Shown here in pieces: positions 52,423 to 62,269 of a stretch of 64,000 nt of DNA. Below the pieces are notes generated by a model that was not told where the DNA came from, did not search any database, and saw only the letters and a list, made by a program, of their open reading frames with translations. Both the position numbers and the translations under genes were made by a program. The DNA comes from an uncultured Chloroflexia bacterium. Its GTDB lineage: Bacteria; Chloroflexota; Limnocylindria; Limnocylindrales; CSP1-4. The stretch covers positions 1,920,001-1,984,000 of the forward strand of contig CAWEZH010000002.1 in NCBI GenBank assembly GCA_963813535.1. Direction: 5' to 3'. Within the stretch, counting starts at the first letter, position 1, and each line of letters starts with the position of its first letter.

Positions 52423-53325
52423 GTGGACACCGCGACGTCGATCGGGGAACGGGGCGCGCCGCTGGCGCGCCCCGTTCGTCCGCGCCCGGACTGGTCATGG
52501 CTGGGCGTGGTCCCCTTCCTGCTGTTCAGCACGGCATTCATGTTCCTCCCGGCGGCGTATCTCGTCGTCGGCAGTTTCCGGAACAACGCCGGCGAGACAA
52601 CGCTCCAGAACTTTCGGGACCTGTCCACCGGGATCATCCCGGGTGCCTTCCTGACGACGATCGAGGTCAGCCTGGTGACGGCAGTCCTCGGTGGACTGCT
52701 CGGTCTGCTGTTGGCGTACGCACTCATCCTCGGCGGTCTGCCCAAGGCCTTCCGCACCGCGCTGCTGACCTTCTGCGGCGTCGCCTCGAACTTCGCGGGC
52801 GTACCGCTCGCGCTCGCGTTCACGTTCACGCTCGGTCAGCTCGGCTTCGTGACGGTCCTGCTGCGCAACGCGGGAATCGACCCGTACGTCAACGGGTTCC
52901 GCCTGACGAGCAAGCTGGGTGTCGAGCTCGTCTACCTGTACTTCCAGCTGCCCCTCATGGTCCTGATCATCGCGCCAGCCATCGACGGCCTGCGGCGTGA
53001 GTGGCGCGAGGCCGCAGAGAGCATGGGGGCGAGCGCGCGCCAGTACTGGCGCCACGTGGGCCTGCCCATCCTGACGCCTTCGATCCTCGGCACGATGGTC
53101 CTGCTGTTCGGCAACGCGTTCGGCGCGCAGGCGACGGCCTTCCAGCTGACCGGCGGGACTCTCAACCTCGTGCCGATCGTCATCGGCGCTCAGATCCGCG
53201 GCGACGTCCTCCATAACCCGGGTCTGGGCTACGCCATGGCGATGGGGATGGTCGTGATCATGGCCCTGTCGATCGGCCTGTACACGATCCTCCAGCGGCG
53301 CGCCGAGCGGTGGCTGCGGCTATGA
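52423..53325 (+). CDS. ABC transporter permease
   Basis: TM segments; EWREAAESMGA EAA loop. Confidence 0.9.
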   Translation: MDTATSIGERGAPLARPVRPRPDWSWLGVVPFLLFSTAFMFLPAAYLVVGSFRNNAGETTLQNFRDLSTGIIPGAFLTTIEVSLVTAVLGGLLGLLLAYALILGGLPKAFRTALLTFCGVASNFAGVPLALAFTFTLGQLGFVTVLLRNAGIDPYVNGFRLTSKLGVELVYLYFQLPLMVLIIAPAIDGLRREWREAAESMGASARQYWRHVGLPILTPSILGTMVLLFGNAFGAQATAFQLTGGTLNLVPIVIGAQIRGDVLHNPGLGYAMAMGMVVIMALSIGLYTILQRRAERWLRL

Positions 53326-54209
53326 CCACGGACGCGCCTCCGATGGCGACCGAAACCGGCCTGAACGCGAACACGGCACGAGCGACCGCGATAGCGGCCG
53401 CGGCACGACGCGAGCGGCGCCGTCCCGGGAATCCGCTCTCCTGGCTGATCCTGATCCTGGCGTTGATGTATTTCCTCGTGCCGCTCATCGGGACGTTCAT
53501 CCATTCGATCCGGACCCGCCCGGATATCTTCCTCGCCTATCGCCAGGTGTTCGCCGACCCGAAGTTCTTCGGCGGCCTCGCCTACTCCTTCACGGTCGGC
53601 GTGATCACGATCATGCTCAGCCTGTTGCTCATCGTGCCGACCGCCTACTGGGTCCGGCTGAAGGTCCCGCGGCTGCGACCCGTCGTCGAGTTCGTGACGC
53701 TCATGCCGTTCGTGATCCCGCCGGTCGTGCTGGTGTTCGGGCTGATCCGCGTCTACAGCAGCCGCCCGCTCGTCCTGACTGCGACCGATCTCGGCAGTGA
53801 CATCGTGCTTGTCTGCGCGTATGTGATCTTGTCGTTCCCGTACATGTACCGGGCGGTCGACACGGGCCTCGCGGCGATCGACGTCCGCACGCTCACGGAG
53901 GCTGCCCAGAGCATGGGCTCAAGCTGGGCGCGGATCATGTGGCAGGTCATCTTCCCGAACCTGCGCACCGCACTGCTGTCCGGGGCGTTCCTCACCCTCG
54001 CCATCGTCATCGGCGAGTACACGATCGCAAGCTTCCTGGCCCGCACCGCCGCATTCGGGCCCTACCTCTCGCTCCTCGGCCGCAGCCAGCCGTACCAGCC
54101 CGCGGCGGTGTCGCTCATCAGCTTCGGGCTGACCTGGGTCGCGATGCTCCTCATCGCCCTCGTCGGCCGCGGCGCGCGCCAGCGCGTCCAGGTGGCGGGC
54201 GCCCGCTAG
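53322..54209 (+). CDS. ABC transporter permease
   Basis: TM segments; LTEAAQSMGS; ATGA overlap at 53322. Confidence 0.9.
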   Translation: MTTDAPPMATETGLNANTARATAIAAAARRERRRPGNPLSWLILILALMYFLVPLIGTFIHSIRTRPDIFLAYRQVFADPKFFGGLAYSFTVGVITIMLSLLLIVPTAYWVRLKVPRLRPVVEFVTLMPFVIPPVVLVFGLIRVYSSRPLVLTATDLGSDIVLVCAYVILSFPYMYRAVDTGLAAIDVRTLTEAAQSMGSSWARIMWQVIFPNLRTALLSGAFLTLAIVIGEYTIASFLARTAAFGPYLSLLGRSQPYQPAAVSLISFGLTWVAMLLIALVGRGARQRVQVAGAR

Positions 54210-54221
54210 GATGGCCGACGC

Positions 54222-55337
54222 GTGACGTTCCTCGAGCTCACCAATGTCCAGAAGCTGTTCGGCGACGTCGTCGCCGTCGAGGACTTCAACCTGAGCGCAC
54301 AACGGGGCGAATTCGTCTCGTTCCTCGGGCCAAGCGGCTGCGGCAAGACCACGACGCTGCGCATGATCGCGGGCTTCGAGCGACCGACCGGTGGGACGAT
54401 CGTCGTCGACGGCACGGACATCACGGACCGACCGCCGAACCGACGGAATGTCGGCATGGTGTTCCAGTCGTATGCGCTGTTCCCGAACATGACGGTCGCG
54501 GACAACATCGGGTTCGGGCTGAAGGTCCGTCACCGACCCAAGGCGGAGATCGACCGGCGGGTGGATGAGCTCCTCGAGCTCATCCACCTCACTGATCGTG
54601 GCGCTCGATATCCGTACCAGCTGTCGGGCGGGCAGCAGCAGCGCATCGCCCTCGCTCGGGCCCTGGCCATCGAGCCGCAGGTGCTGCTCCTGGACGAGCC
54701 GCTGTCGGCGCTCGACGCGAAGATCCGTATCAGCCTGCGCCTCGAGATCCGAGCCATCCAGCGCAAGCTCGGGATCACGACGGTCTACGTCACGCACGAC
54801 CAGGAGGAGGCGCTCTCGCTGTCGGACCGGGTGGTCGTCATGAGCGAGGGGCGGATCGAGCAGATCGGCACGCCGACCGAGATCTACAACTTCCCGGCGA
54901 CGCCGTTCGTCGCGTCGTTCGTCGGGACGCTCAACCTGCTCACCGCCCATGTCGTCGACGGGCCGGCCGGCCGGTTGAACCTCGCGAACCAGGAGATTCG
55001 CGTCGCCGGACAGGCTCAAGCTGAGAACGGCTCGGTGGTGACGGTCGCCATCCGGCCGGAGGGCATCGAGCTTGGCGAACAGGGCGGCGAGAACCGGCTG
55101 ACCGGCACCGTCGAGGAAGTGAGCTTCCTGGGGTCCATCGTCAGGACCCGCATCCGGCTGCCCGATGACACCTCGATGCTCTCGCTCGATACGTTCAACG
55201 ACCCCAACGTCGCGGCACCCGCCATCGACGCCGAGGTCACGGTCTCATTCCCGCCGGAAGCCTGCCTGGTGATCGCCCGCGAGGCCGCGCCGGAACCGTC
55301 GCCTGACGCGCTGGCCGCCGCGGAGGCGTTGCTGTAG
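54222..55337 (+). CDS. ABC transporter ATPase (PotA-like, TOBE domain)
   Basis: GPSGCGKT, LSGGQQQR, LLDEP, VTHDQEEA. Confidence 0.94.
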   Translation: MTFLELTNVQKLFGDVVAVEDFNLSAQRGEFVSFLGPSGCGKTTTLRMIAGFERPTGGTIVVDGTDITDRPPNRRNVGMVFQSYALFPNMTVADNIGFGLKVRHRPKAEIDRRVDELLELIHLTDRGARYPYQLSGGQQQRIALARALAIEPQVLLLDEPLSALDAKIRISLRLEIRAIQRKLGITTVYVTHDQEEALSLSDRVVVMSEGRIEQIGTPTEIYNFPATPFVASFVGTLNLLTAHVVDGPAGRLNLANQEIRVAGQAQAENGSVVTVAIRPEGIELGEQGGENRLTGTVEEVSFLGSIVRTRIRLPDDTSMLSLDTFNDPNVAAPAIDAEVTVSFPPEACLVIAREAAPEPSPDALAAAEALL

Positions 55338-55360
55338 CCGCGAGCGGCGGGCCGGTCGAC

Positions 55361-56062
55361 CTGATCGGCATCGAGGCCGTCATCTTCGACAAGGACGGCA
55401 CGCTGATCGACTTCGACGCGATGTGGGGCGGCTGGGCGATGGGGCTTGGCCAACGCCTGGACGCCGTCATCCGGCGGCCCGTGTCTCCCGACGTCTTCGC
55501 GACGATCGGCTTCGACCCATCGAGTGGACGTGTCTCCCCCGGCGGGCCGCTGGCGACGGCGACGATGGCGGGCATCGAGGAGACCGTGGCCCGCGTCCTT
55601 CGCCGATGGTGCCCCAGCATCGCCGCCGCTCGACGAGCGACGGCGGAGGCCTGGTCGGTGCCGGACCCGGCCACGCTGGCGGTCCCACTGGCCGATCTCG
55701 CCACCCTCTTCGGGCGGCTGCGCTCCGAAGGGCGTCGGATCGCCGTCGTGACCACCGACGACCGCGCACCGACCGATGCCACACTCCGCGCCCTGGGCGT
55801 CAGGTCGGACGTCGAGGCGATGGTCTGCGGCGACGATGGGTTCGCCGTGAAACCGGCACCCGACGCGGTGATCGCGGTCTGTCACGCGTTCCGGACCGAA
55901 CCGGACCGCGTGGCCGTGATCGGTGACACGCCAAGCGACGTGGCGATGGCCCGGGCTGCCGGCGCGGGCCTGGTGGTGGGGGTGCGCAGCGGCGTGGGAT
56001 CGGAAGCCGATCTCGCCGCAGCGGATGTGGTCATCGATTCGGTGGCCTCGCTGCTGGCCTGA
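55361..56062 (+). CDS. HAD-superfamily phosphatase (start uncertain)
   Basis: Motif I VIFDKDGTL lies upstream of the first ATG (55421); VVTT, KPAPD, IGDTPSD. Confidence 0.82.
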   Translation: MIGIEAVIFDKDGTLIDFDAMWGGWAMGLGQRLDAVIRRPVSPDVFATIGFDPSSGRVSPGGPLATATMAGIEETVARVLRRWCPSIAAARRATAEAWSVPDPATLAVPLADLATLFGRLRSEGRRIAVVTTDDRAPTDATLRALGVRSDVEAMVCGDDGFAVKPAPDAVIAVCHAFRTEPDRVAVIGDTPSDVAMARAAGAGLVVGVRSGVGSEADLAAADVVIDSVASLLA

Positions 56063-56179
56063 CCATCCCGTACGAGTGGGCTATCGCCCGTGATCATGCC
56101 GGACCGTACCGTCGGGTGAGCCGTCCGAGCTGCGGACGGTCGGGCCCTGCCCGCCACCAGGAGGTCGTGCGCGAACCGT

Positions 56180-59100
56180 ATGCCCACCGAGCCCCGGCAC
56201 CCCGCCGATCGACGCCGCGTGGCACCCCGCCGTACTTCGGCCGGCGAGCATCCGGCGACCGCCGATCCCACGCGGGCCGATGCGCTCGGCCGGATCGCCG
56301 CCAAGGTCAGTGGCCGGCGTGCCCTGACCGGGCTCTTCGACGACATCATCGACGAAGCCTTCGCGCTGTTCGGCGTCGATCGTGCCGGCCTGTGGACGTA
56401 CGACGCGACCGCCGAGCGCCCGCTGTCGCTCGCGGCGCAGCGCGGCCTCCCGCAGATCATCATCGATACGATCGTGTCGTTGCGAGGCGACGTCAGGACG
56501 GCGGGGATGGATGCCCTTCGGACCCGCCGGGTCCGCGTCCTCGATCGACAGATGCGGTCCACGACCGCATCACTTCGTGAGGTGTACCGATCGATCGGTG
56601 TCGGGTCGGTGTGCTTCGTGCCGCTCGTGTACGGCGATGACGTGCTCGGCCTGCTCGCGCTGTACCACCGCGAGACGTACGGCTGGACGCCCTCGGAGCG
56701 CGCGCTTGCCCGGGCGTTCGGCGATCACATGGCGACGGCGATCGGCACGGCTCGGCTCGCGGACTCTCGCCGTGGGCTCGCGGATCGGCTCTCGTCGATC
56801 GCGGAGTTGGCCGGTCGGCTGAGCGGCCTCCACGACCAGGCATCGATCGCCGCCGCCATCGTCGAGGAGGCCAAGCGGCTCATCGAGCACGACACGATCC
56901 GCGTGTACCGGGTCGATCGGACGACAGGGATGTGCGAGCCCATCGCGTTCGAGGGCACGTTCCTCGGTACGACCGAGCCCGACATGGAGACCCTGCGCAT
57001 GCCCATCGGCCAGGGCCTGACGGGCTGGGTCGCCCAGCACGGTCGACCGCTGCGGCTCGACGAGGCGACCGCCGACCCGCGCGTCGTGGTCGTCGGCGAC
57101 CGGCGTCCCGAGTCGATGCTCATCGTCCCGATGGTCCAGGAAGAGATCGTCCGCGGCGTGATCGTCGTGTCCGCGATGGGGACGGGCCGTTTCGACGGCG
57201 ACGACGAGGTGACGCTGACCATCTTCGCCGCCGCCGCGGTCCAGGCCCTGATCAATGCCGAGAACGTGCAGCGATTGCGGCGCCAGCAGGACGAGCTGGA
57301 GCTCCAGCTCGAAGGCCAGCGCCGCCTCCTCGATGTCAACGAGCGACTGCTGTCCACGCTGGAGCCGGCGGGTGTCCTGGAGCTGATCGCCGACTCGTTG
57401 CGGGCCATCGTCCCGTACGACTCGCTGAGCATCTACCGCGCCGACCGCGAGGCCGGCGTCCGGCGGGCCGTCATCGCCCGCGACAGGTTCGCCGACGAGA
57501 TCATGGCCGACGCGAGTCCGATCGGGCTCGGGATCACGGGCTGGGCCATCGAGCACGGTGAGGCCGTGCTCTCCAACGAGGCGCACACCGATCCGCGGTC
57601 GATCCAGGTCCCCGGCACGCCGTTCGAACCCGAGTCGATCATGGTGGTGCCCCTGTTCGTCAACGGCGAGACGATCGGCACGCTCAACGTCGGGCGCATC
57701 GGCGGGGTCGAGGCACACTTCACGCCGAACGAGTTCGAGCTCACGAAGCTCTTCGCGGGACAGGCATCGATCGCGATGCAGAACGCCCAGACGCATCGCG
57801 AGGTCCGGGTCCGCGCCGAGCAGGACGCCCTGACCGGTCTGCGCAATCACGGCGCGTTCCAACGGGAGCTTGGCGCGGCTGTGGAGGGCGGACGGCCGTT
57901 CGCCGTCCTGATGCTCGACCTCGACGCCTTCAAGCGCTTCAACGACGCCAACGGCCATCCCGCGGGCGACGGGCTGCTGGTCGAGATCGCCGCGGGGATG
58001 ACGCGCGCCACCCGCGAGACTGACCGGCTCTATCGGTACGGCGGCGATGAGTTCGCCGCGCTCCTGCCTGGCGCGGATCGGGTCGTCGCCCACGAGGTCG
58101 CAGAGCGCATCCGGCGTGCCGTCCGGGAGCGGACCGCCGCCAAGGCCGGACTCGACGGTCTTGCCGTATCGATCAGCGCCGGCGTCGCGTGCTACCCGGA
58201 GGACGGCCGCACGAAGGACGAACTCGTGGCTGTCGCCGACCGGGCGCTCTATCTCGTGAAGTCGCCCGACAGTCGTCAGCCCGATGCCGGCCTGGCCGAC
58301 CCGTATCTCCGCGCGCTCGACGAGACCGCCCTCGCGCTGCTCGACCGGACCGACCACGACAGCCTCCTCGGGACCATCCTTGCCCGTGCATCGGCGCTGC
58401 TCGGGACGCCGCACGCCTGGATCGACCTCCTCGAGGCTGACGGCAGCAGGCTCGAGCTGCGCGTCGGCACGGGTCTCTTCGCCGACCTCCAAGGCTCGTG
58501 CATGAGCGCGAGCGAGGGCCTCGCGGGTGCGATCAGCGAGACCGGCCAGGCCATCACGGTCGATGACTACGATCAGTGGGCGGGCCGCCCCGCCAACCCG
58601 CAGGTCGGTCTGGGTGCCACGATCGCGGCACCACTCAAGTCGGCCGGCCGCGTGGTCGGGGTGCTCGGGCTCGCCGCCGGCGGCGCACCGCGGCACTGGA
58701 CCGAGCGGGACAAGGAGGCGCTGACGAGCTTCGCCCGACTGGCGTCGATCGCGCTCGAGAACGCCCGCCTCGTCGATGTCGCGCAGCGCGGCGCCCTCTA
58801 CGACCATACGACCGGTCTGCCGAATCGCGAGCTGCTCACCGACCGGATCGCGCACGCGCTGGCGGGTCATCTCGTCGATGGCGACAGCTCCATCGCGGTC
58901 ATCCTCCTCGACCTCGATCGCTTCAAGGTCGTCAACGAGACGCTCGGCCATATGGCCGGGGACCGGTTGCTGATGGCGGTCGGGCAGCGTCTCGTCCACA
59001 GCCTGCGGCCCACAGACACCGTCGCTCGCTTCGGCGGTGACGAGTTCGCCCTCGTCCTCGACCCGGTGACGGACGCTGCGGAGGCGCACGACATCGCAAG

Positions 59101-60148
59101 CCGTATCTCGCAGGAGCTCGGTGAACCATTCCCGCTCAATGGTCGTGACTGGTTCCTCACCGCGTCGATCGGCATCGCGCTCGCCGGGCCGGGTCGCGGC
59201 ACACCCGACGAGCTGTTGCGTGAGGCCGAGATCGCGATGGTCCGGGCGAAGGGCGACGCCTCCCACCGCCACTTCCTGTTCGAGCCGTCGATGAGCGATC
59301 AGACGCTCGAGCGACTCGACCTCGAGAACGATCTTCGACGGGCGCTCGCGCGCGACGAGCTCCTCATCCAGTACCAGCCGATCGTGACCCTGGCGACCGG
59401 CGAGATCGTCGGCTTCGAGGCGTTGGTCCGGTGGCAGCACCCGACCCGTGGTCTCGTGCCGCCGCTGGCCTTCATCCCGATGGCCGAGGAGACGGGGCTG
59501 ATCGTGCCGCTCGGTCGGTGGGTGCTGGACGCCGCCTGCCGGCAGGCGGCGGTATGGAACGCGCCCGAGTCGCGCCGGGGTGCGTCACGCCTGTTCGTGT
59601 CGGTCAACCTGTCCGCGCGCCAGTTCACCCAGAACGACCTCATCGACGACGTGGGCTCGACGCTGGCGCGGACGGGCCTCGAGGCGGAAGCACTCGAGCT
59701 GGAGATCACCGAGAGCGTCCTGATGGATCAGTCGGAGGCCGGTATCCGCGCGCTCCGAGATATCCGCGGTCTCGGCGTCCGCCTCGTCCTCGACGACTTC
59801 GGCACGGGCTACTCCTCGCTGTCGTACCTGAAGCACCTGCCGCTCGACACGATCAAGATCGATCGCACGTTCGTGGCCGGTATCGAGGAACCGGCCGACC
59901 GATCGATCGTCGAGGCCGTCATCTCGCTCGCACATGGGCTCGGGATCGGTGTCGTGGCCGAGGGCATCGAGAGCGAGTCGCAGGCCGACAGACTGCGCGA
60001 GATGGGTTGTGACCTCGGCCAGGGCTACCTGTTCAGCCGGCCGGTATCGGCCGAGCGCACCTTCGAGCTCCTGCGTGACCGATCCCGGGCGGCGCGGTCG
60101 ATGCGCGCGAAGTCAGGCCGTTCGCGGACGCTCCGCCGGGTCGTCTAG
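56180..60148 (+). CDS. c-di-GMP cyclase/phosphodiesterase: GAF-GAF-GAF-GGDEF-GAF-GGDEF-EAL
   Basis: DALTGL...RYGGDEF; DHTTGL...RFGGDEF; FEALVRW, DDFGTGYSS, VAEG, QGYL; four GAF-like segments. Confidence 0.92.
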   Translation: MPTEPRHPADRRRVAPRRTSAGEHPATADPTRADALGRIAAKVSGRRALTGLFDDIIDEAFALFGVDRAGLWTYDATAERPLSLAAQRGLPQIIIDTIVSLRGDVRTAGMDALRTRRVRVLDRQMRSTTASLREVYRSIGVGSVCFVPLVYGDDVLGLLALYHRETYGWTPSERALARAFGDHMATAIGTARLADSRRGLADRLSSIAELAGRLSGLHDQASIAAAIVEEAKRLIEHDTIRVYRVDRTTGMCEPIAFEGTFLGTTEPDMETLRMPIGQGLTGWVAQHGRPLRLDEATADPRVVVVGDRRPESMLIVPMVQEEIVRGVIVVSAMGTGRFDGDDEVTLTIFAAAAVQALINAENVQRLRRQQDELELQLEGQRRLLDVNERLLSTLEPAGVLELIADSLRAIVPYDSLSIYRADREAGVRRAVIARDRFADEIMADASPIGLGITGWAIEHGEAVLSNEAHTDPRSIQVPGTPFEPESIMVVPLFVNGETIGTLNVGRIGGVEAHFTPNEFELTKLFAGQASIAMQNAQTHREVRVRAEQDALTGLRNHGAFQRELGAAVEGGRPFAVLMLDLDAFKRFNDANGHPAGDGLLVEIAAGMTRATRETDRLYRYGGDEFAALLPGADRVVAHEVAERIRRAVRERTAAKAGLDGLAVSISAGVACYPEDGRTKDELVAVADRALYLVKSPDSRQPDAGLADPYLRALDETALALLDRTDHDSLLGTILARASALLGTPHAWIDLLEADGSRLELRVGTGLFADLQGSCMSASEGLAGAISETGQAITVDDYDQWAGRPANPQVGLGATIAAPLKSAGRVVGVLGLAAGGAPRHWTERDKEALTSFARLASIALENARLVDVAQRGALYDHTTGLPNRELLTDRIAHALAGHLVDGDSSIAVILLDLDRFKVVNETLGHMAGDRLLMAVGQRLVHSLRPTDTVARFGGDEFALVLDPVTDAAEAHDIASRISQELGEPFPLNGRDWFLTASIGIALAGPGRGTPDELLREAEIAMVRAKGDASHRHFLFEPSMSDQTLERLDLENDLRRALARDELLIQYQPIVTLATGEIVGFEALVRWQHPTRGLVPPLAFIPMAEETGLIVPLGRWVLDAACRQAAVWNAPESRRGASRLFVSVNLSARQFTQNDLIDDVGSTLARTGLEAEALELEITESVLMDQSEAGIRALRDIRGLGVRLVLDDFGTGYSSLSYLKHLPLDTIKIDRTFVAGIEEPADRSIVEAVISLAHGLGIGVVAEGIESESQADRLREMGCDLGQGYLFSRPVSAERTFELLRDRSRAARSMRAKSGRSRTLRRVV

Positions 60149-60158
60149 GGCAGGGTCG

Positions 60159-60899
60159 CTAGTCGCGTGCGCCGAACAGGCGCAGCATGAACAGGAACAG
60201 GTTCACGAAATCGAGGTAGAGGTTCAGCGCGCCCATGACGGCCGCCTTCTCCGTCGACCCGGTGTAGACGACGAGATCCCCGTTCTGGATCCGCTGCACG
60301 TCCCACGCGGTGAGGCCGGTGAAGAGCACGACCCCGACGATCGAGATCACGAACGACGCCGCGTCGCTCCGAAGGAACAGGTTGATCACGATCGCGACGA
60401 GCAGGCCGAACAGCGCCATGTACAGGAGGCTGCCGATCCGAGCGAGCGAGCGCTTCGTGACATGGCCGTAGATCGCCGCGCCGGCGAACATCGCTGAGGC
60501 GGAGACGAAGGCCGACACGACCGAGGCCCCGGTGTATGCCGTGACGATCAGGCCGATCACCAATCCCAGCGAGGCGGCGTAGACGAAGAACACACCGAGC
60601 GCCAAAGTCGCGCTCATCCGGCGGATCCCGAAGCCGATCGCCATCACCAGGGCGAACTGGGCGATGATCAGGATGAAGAGGTTGCTCTCGGCGAACTGCA
60701 GCAGCCGCTCGTTGCCTTGCACGACGAAGGCAACCAGGGCCGTCACGGCCAGGCCGACGAACATCCACAGGAATGCCTGGGACAGGATCGCCTGCTGTGT
60801 TCGGGCGTCGATGCGGACCGGCGCTTCGCCGGTCGTCGCGACCGGGCTCGTCGCCGCGGACGGTGCGACGTAGGGATTGGTGGGTCGCGGATCGCTCAC
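60159..60899 (-). CDS. Bax inhibitor-1/YccA family membrane protein
   Basis: 7 TM segments; TAWDVQRI, ALNLYLDFVNLF. Confidence 0.92.
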   Translation of the reverse strand: MSDPRPTNPYVAPSAATSPVATTGEAPVRIDARTQQAILSQAFLWMFVGLAVTALVAFVVQGNERLLQFAESNLFILIIAQFALVMAIGFGIRRMSATLALGVFFVYAASLGLVIGLIVTAYTGASVVSAFVSASAMFAGAAIYGHVTKRSLARIGSLLYMALFGLLVAIVINLFLRSDAASFVISIVGVVLFTGLTAWDVQRIQNGDLVVYTGSTEKAAVMGALNLYLDFVNLFLFMLRLFGARD

Positions 60900-60935
60900 G
60901 ATGCGTTGCTCCTCAACTACCGACGGTCGTCGGGC

Positions 60936-61310
60936 TCACCACATCAAGCCGGCGTCGCGCGGATCCCAGCGCTCGGCCAGCAACGTGACCTTGACCTCGT
61001 GTTCCACGACCGACTCGACCTGCTCCTTGACCTGGGCGATCATCGAGCCGGCGTAGGGGCAGAACGGCGTGGTCAGGATCATCTTGATCTCGGTCGAGTC
61101 GGGGCCGAGCAGGATCTGCTTGATGAGCGCCAGCTCCACGACATTCATGCCGATCTCGGGGTCGACGACGGCGCGCAGCGCGTCGAGGATCGCGAGCTCG
61201 GTCGCTCGCCGCTCGGGATCGAACGCCGGCGCGTCCGATGCGGGCGCATCGGCGGTCGCCGCCGCGGCGGTCGTCTCGGCGGTCGGTTCAGTGGTTCGTG
61301 TGTCGGTCAT
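60936..61310 (-). CDS. DUF59/SufT-like metal-sulfur cluster assembly factor
   Basis: LRAVVDPEIGMNVVEL, LTTPFCP. Confidence 0.88.
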   Translation of the reverse strand: MTDTRTTEPTAETTAAAATADAPASDAPAFDPERRATELAILDALRAVVDPEIGMNVVELALIKQILLGPDSTEIKMILTTPFCPYAGSMIAQVKEQVESVVEHEVKVTLLAERWDPRDAGLMW

Positions 61311-61397
61311 GCGGGATGCGTTCTCCGGAAGGGTGCTTCGAACAGCGTAGCACCGTGTGCGAGAACGCCCTCGTGTGTGGCCAGTCCTGCGGCGGTG

Positions 61398-61715
61398 TCA
61401 GCCGGCCTTGATGACGATGCCCGGCAACCGGTACTGCGAGGGCAGGATGGCGGCCTCGGCCTCGCTGTAGCCGGGCCCGGCCAGTGAGCCATCGGGCTCG
61501 AAGAACTCGGCATATCGGTCGCGATGGGTGCTCGCGTACGTGAATGCCGCGGCGATGCCCACGGTCCGAAGCTCGGGATGGTCGGTCAGGATGCGCGCCA
61601 GATCGTAGCCATTCGCTCGCAGCTCGAGCAGCTGGCGGACGGTGAGCCGCGAGCCGTAACAGAACGGCTCGCCGTTCATCACGAGTGGGTCCTGCTGGAC
61701 CCACTTGACCGTCAC
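61398..61715 (-). CDS. DUF433-domain protein
   Basis: DPLVMNGEPFCYGSRLTV...ILTDHPEL...IAAAFTYA. Confidence 0.8.
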   Translation of the reverse strand: MTVKWVQQDPLVMNGEPFCYGSRLTVRQLLELRANGYDLARILTDHPELRTVGIAAAFTYASTHRDRYAEFFEPDGSLAGPGYSEAEAAILPSQYRLPGIVIKAG

Positions 61716-61717
61716 GG

Positions 61718-62134
61718 TCAGCCGCCCTTGTAGATGAATTGCAGGAAGGCGTTGCGCTTGCGGGCGTCTCCGGCCAGGCGTCGATGCCAGCGGTACTGCG
61801 CGATCGCTGCGTCCACCGCTGTTTCGCCGTCGACGAGGGCCTGACCGTCGATGACCGACGGAAGCGCGGCGCGAAGTCCCTCACTGAGGTTGATCAGGTC
61901 ATCGAGCGGGACCCGCTTGCGGCGGTAGACCGGGGCGGTCCAGTCGGCGTACTCGCGCGCCGGCGCCGGATCGCCGGCCCCGACGGATACGGCCACGCGC
62001 TCCGCGAGCAACGTGGCATCGAGCAGGCGCTGGCGCAGACCGATCTCGTCATTGCGTGTCCTGAGCGTCGGGTCGCGCTCGATCGCGCTCTCCAGCGCGC
62101 GTGCCGCGAGCATCTCGGCCGCCGTCCTGGACAT
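61718..62134 (-). CDS. Hypothetical all-helical protein, possibly globin/phycobiliprotein-like fold
   Basis: Helical amphipathic pattern (DATLLAERVA...EYADW...RRVPLDDL); fold assignment is tentative. Confidence 0.6.
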   Translation of the reverse strand: MSRTAAEMLAARALESAIERDPTLRTRNDEIGLRQRLLDATLLAERVAVSVGAGDPAPAREYADWTAPVYRRKRVPLDDLINLSEGLRAALPSVIDGQALVDGETAVDAAIAQYRWHRRLAGDARKRNAFLQFIYKGG

Positions 62135-62269
62135 GACGAGCCGCGGCCGGCGAACCGGCGGTGAGATCGCGGGGTGGTCGTCCCAGACTGGGGTGGCTCA
62201 CGCCCGGAGTCTAGCGAACGGCGCCGGGGGTCGTCATCGTGCGTGCGGACACGCGGATACGATGGCGCG

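Noticed and set aside
56570-59440. 956-aa minus-strand ORF
   Set aside because: Antisense shadow of the GGDEF/EAL gene.
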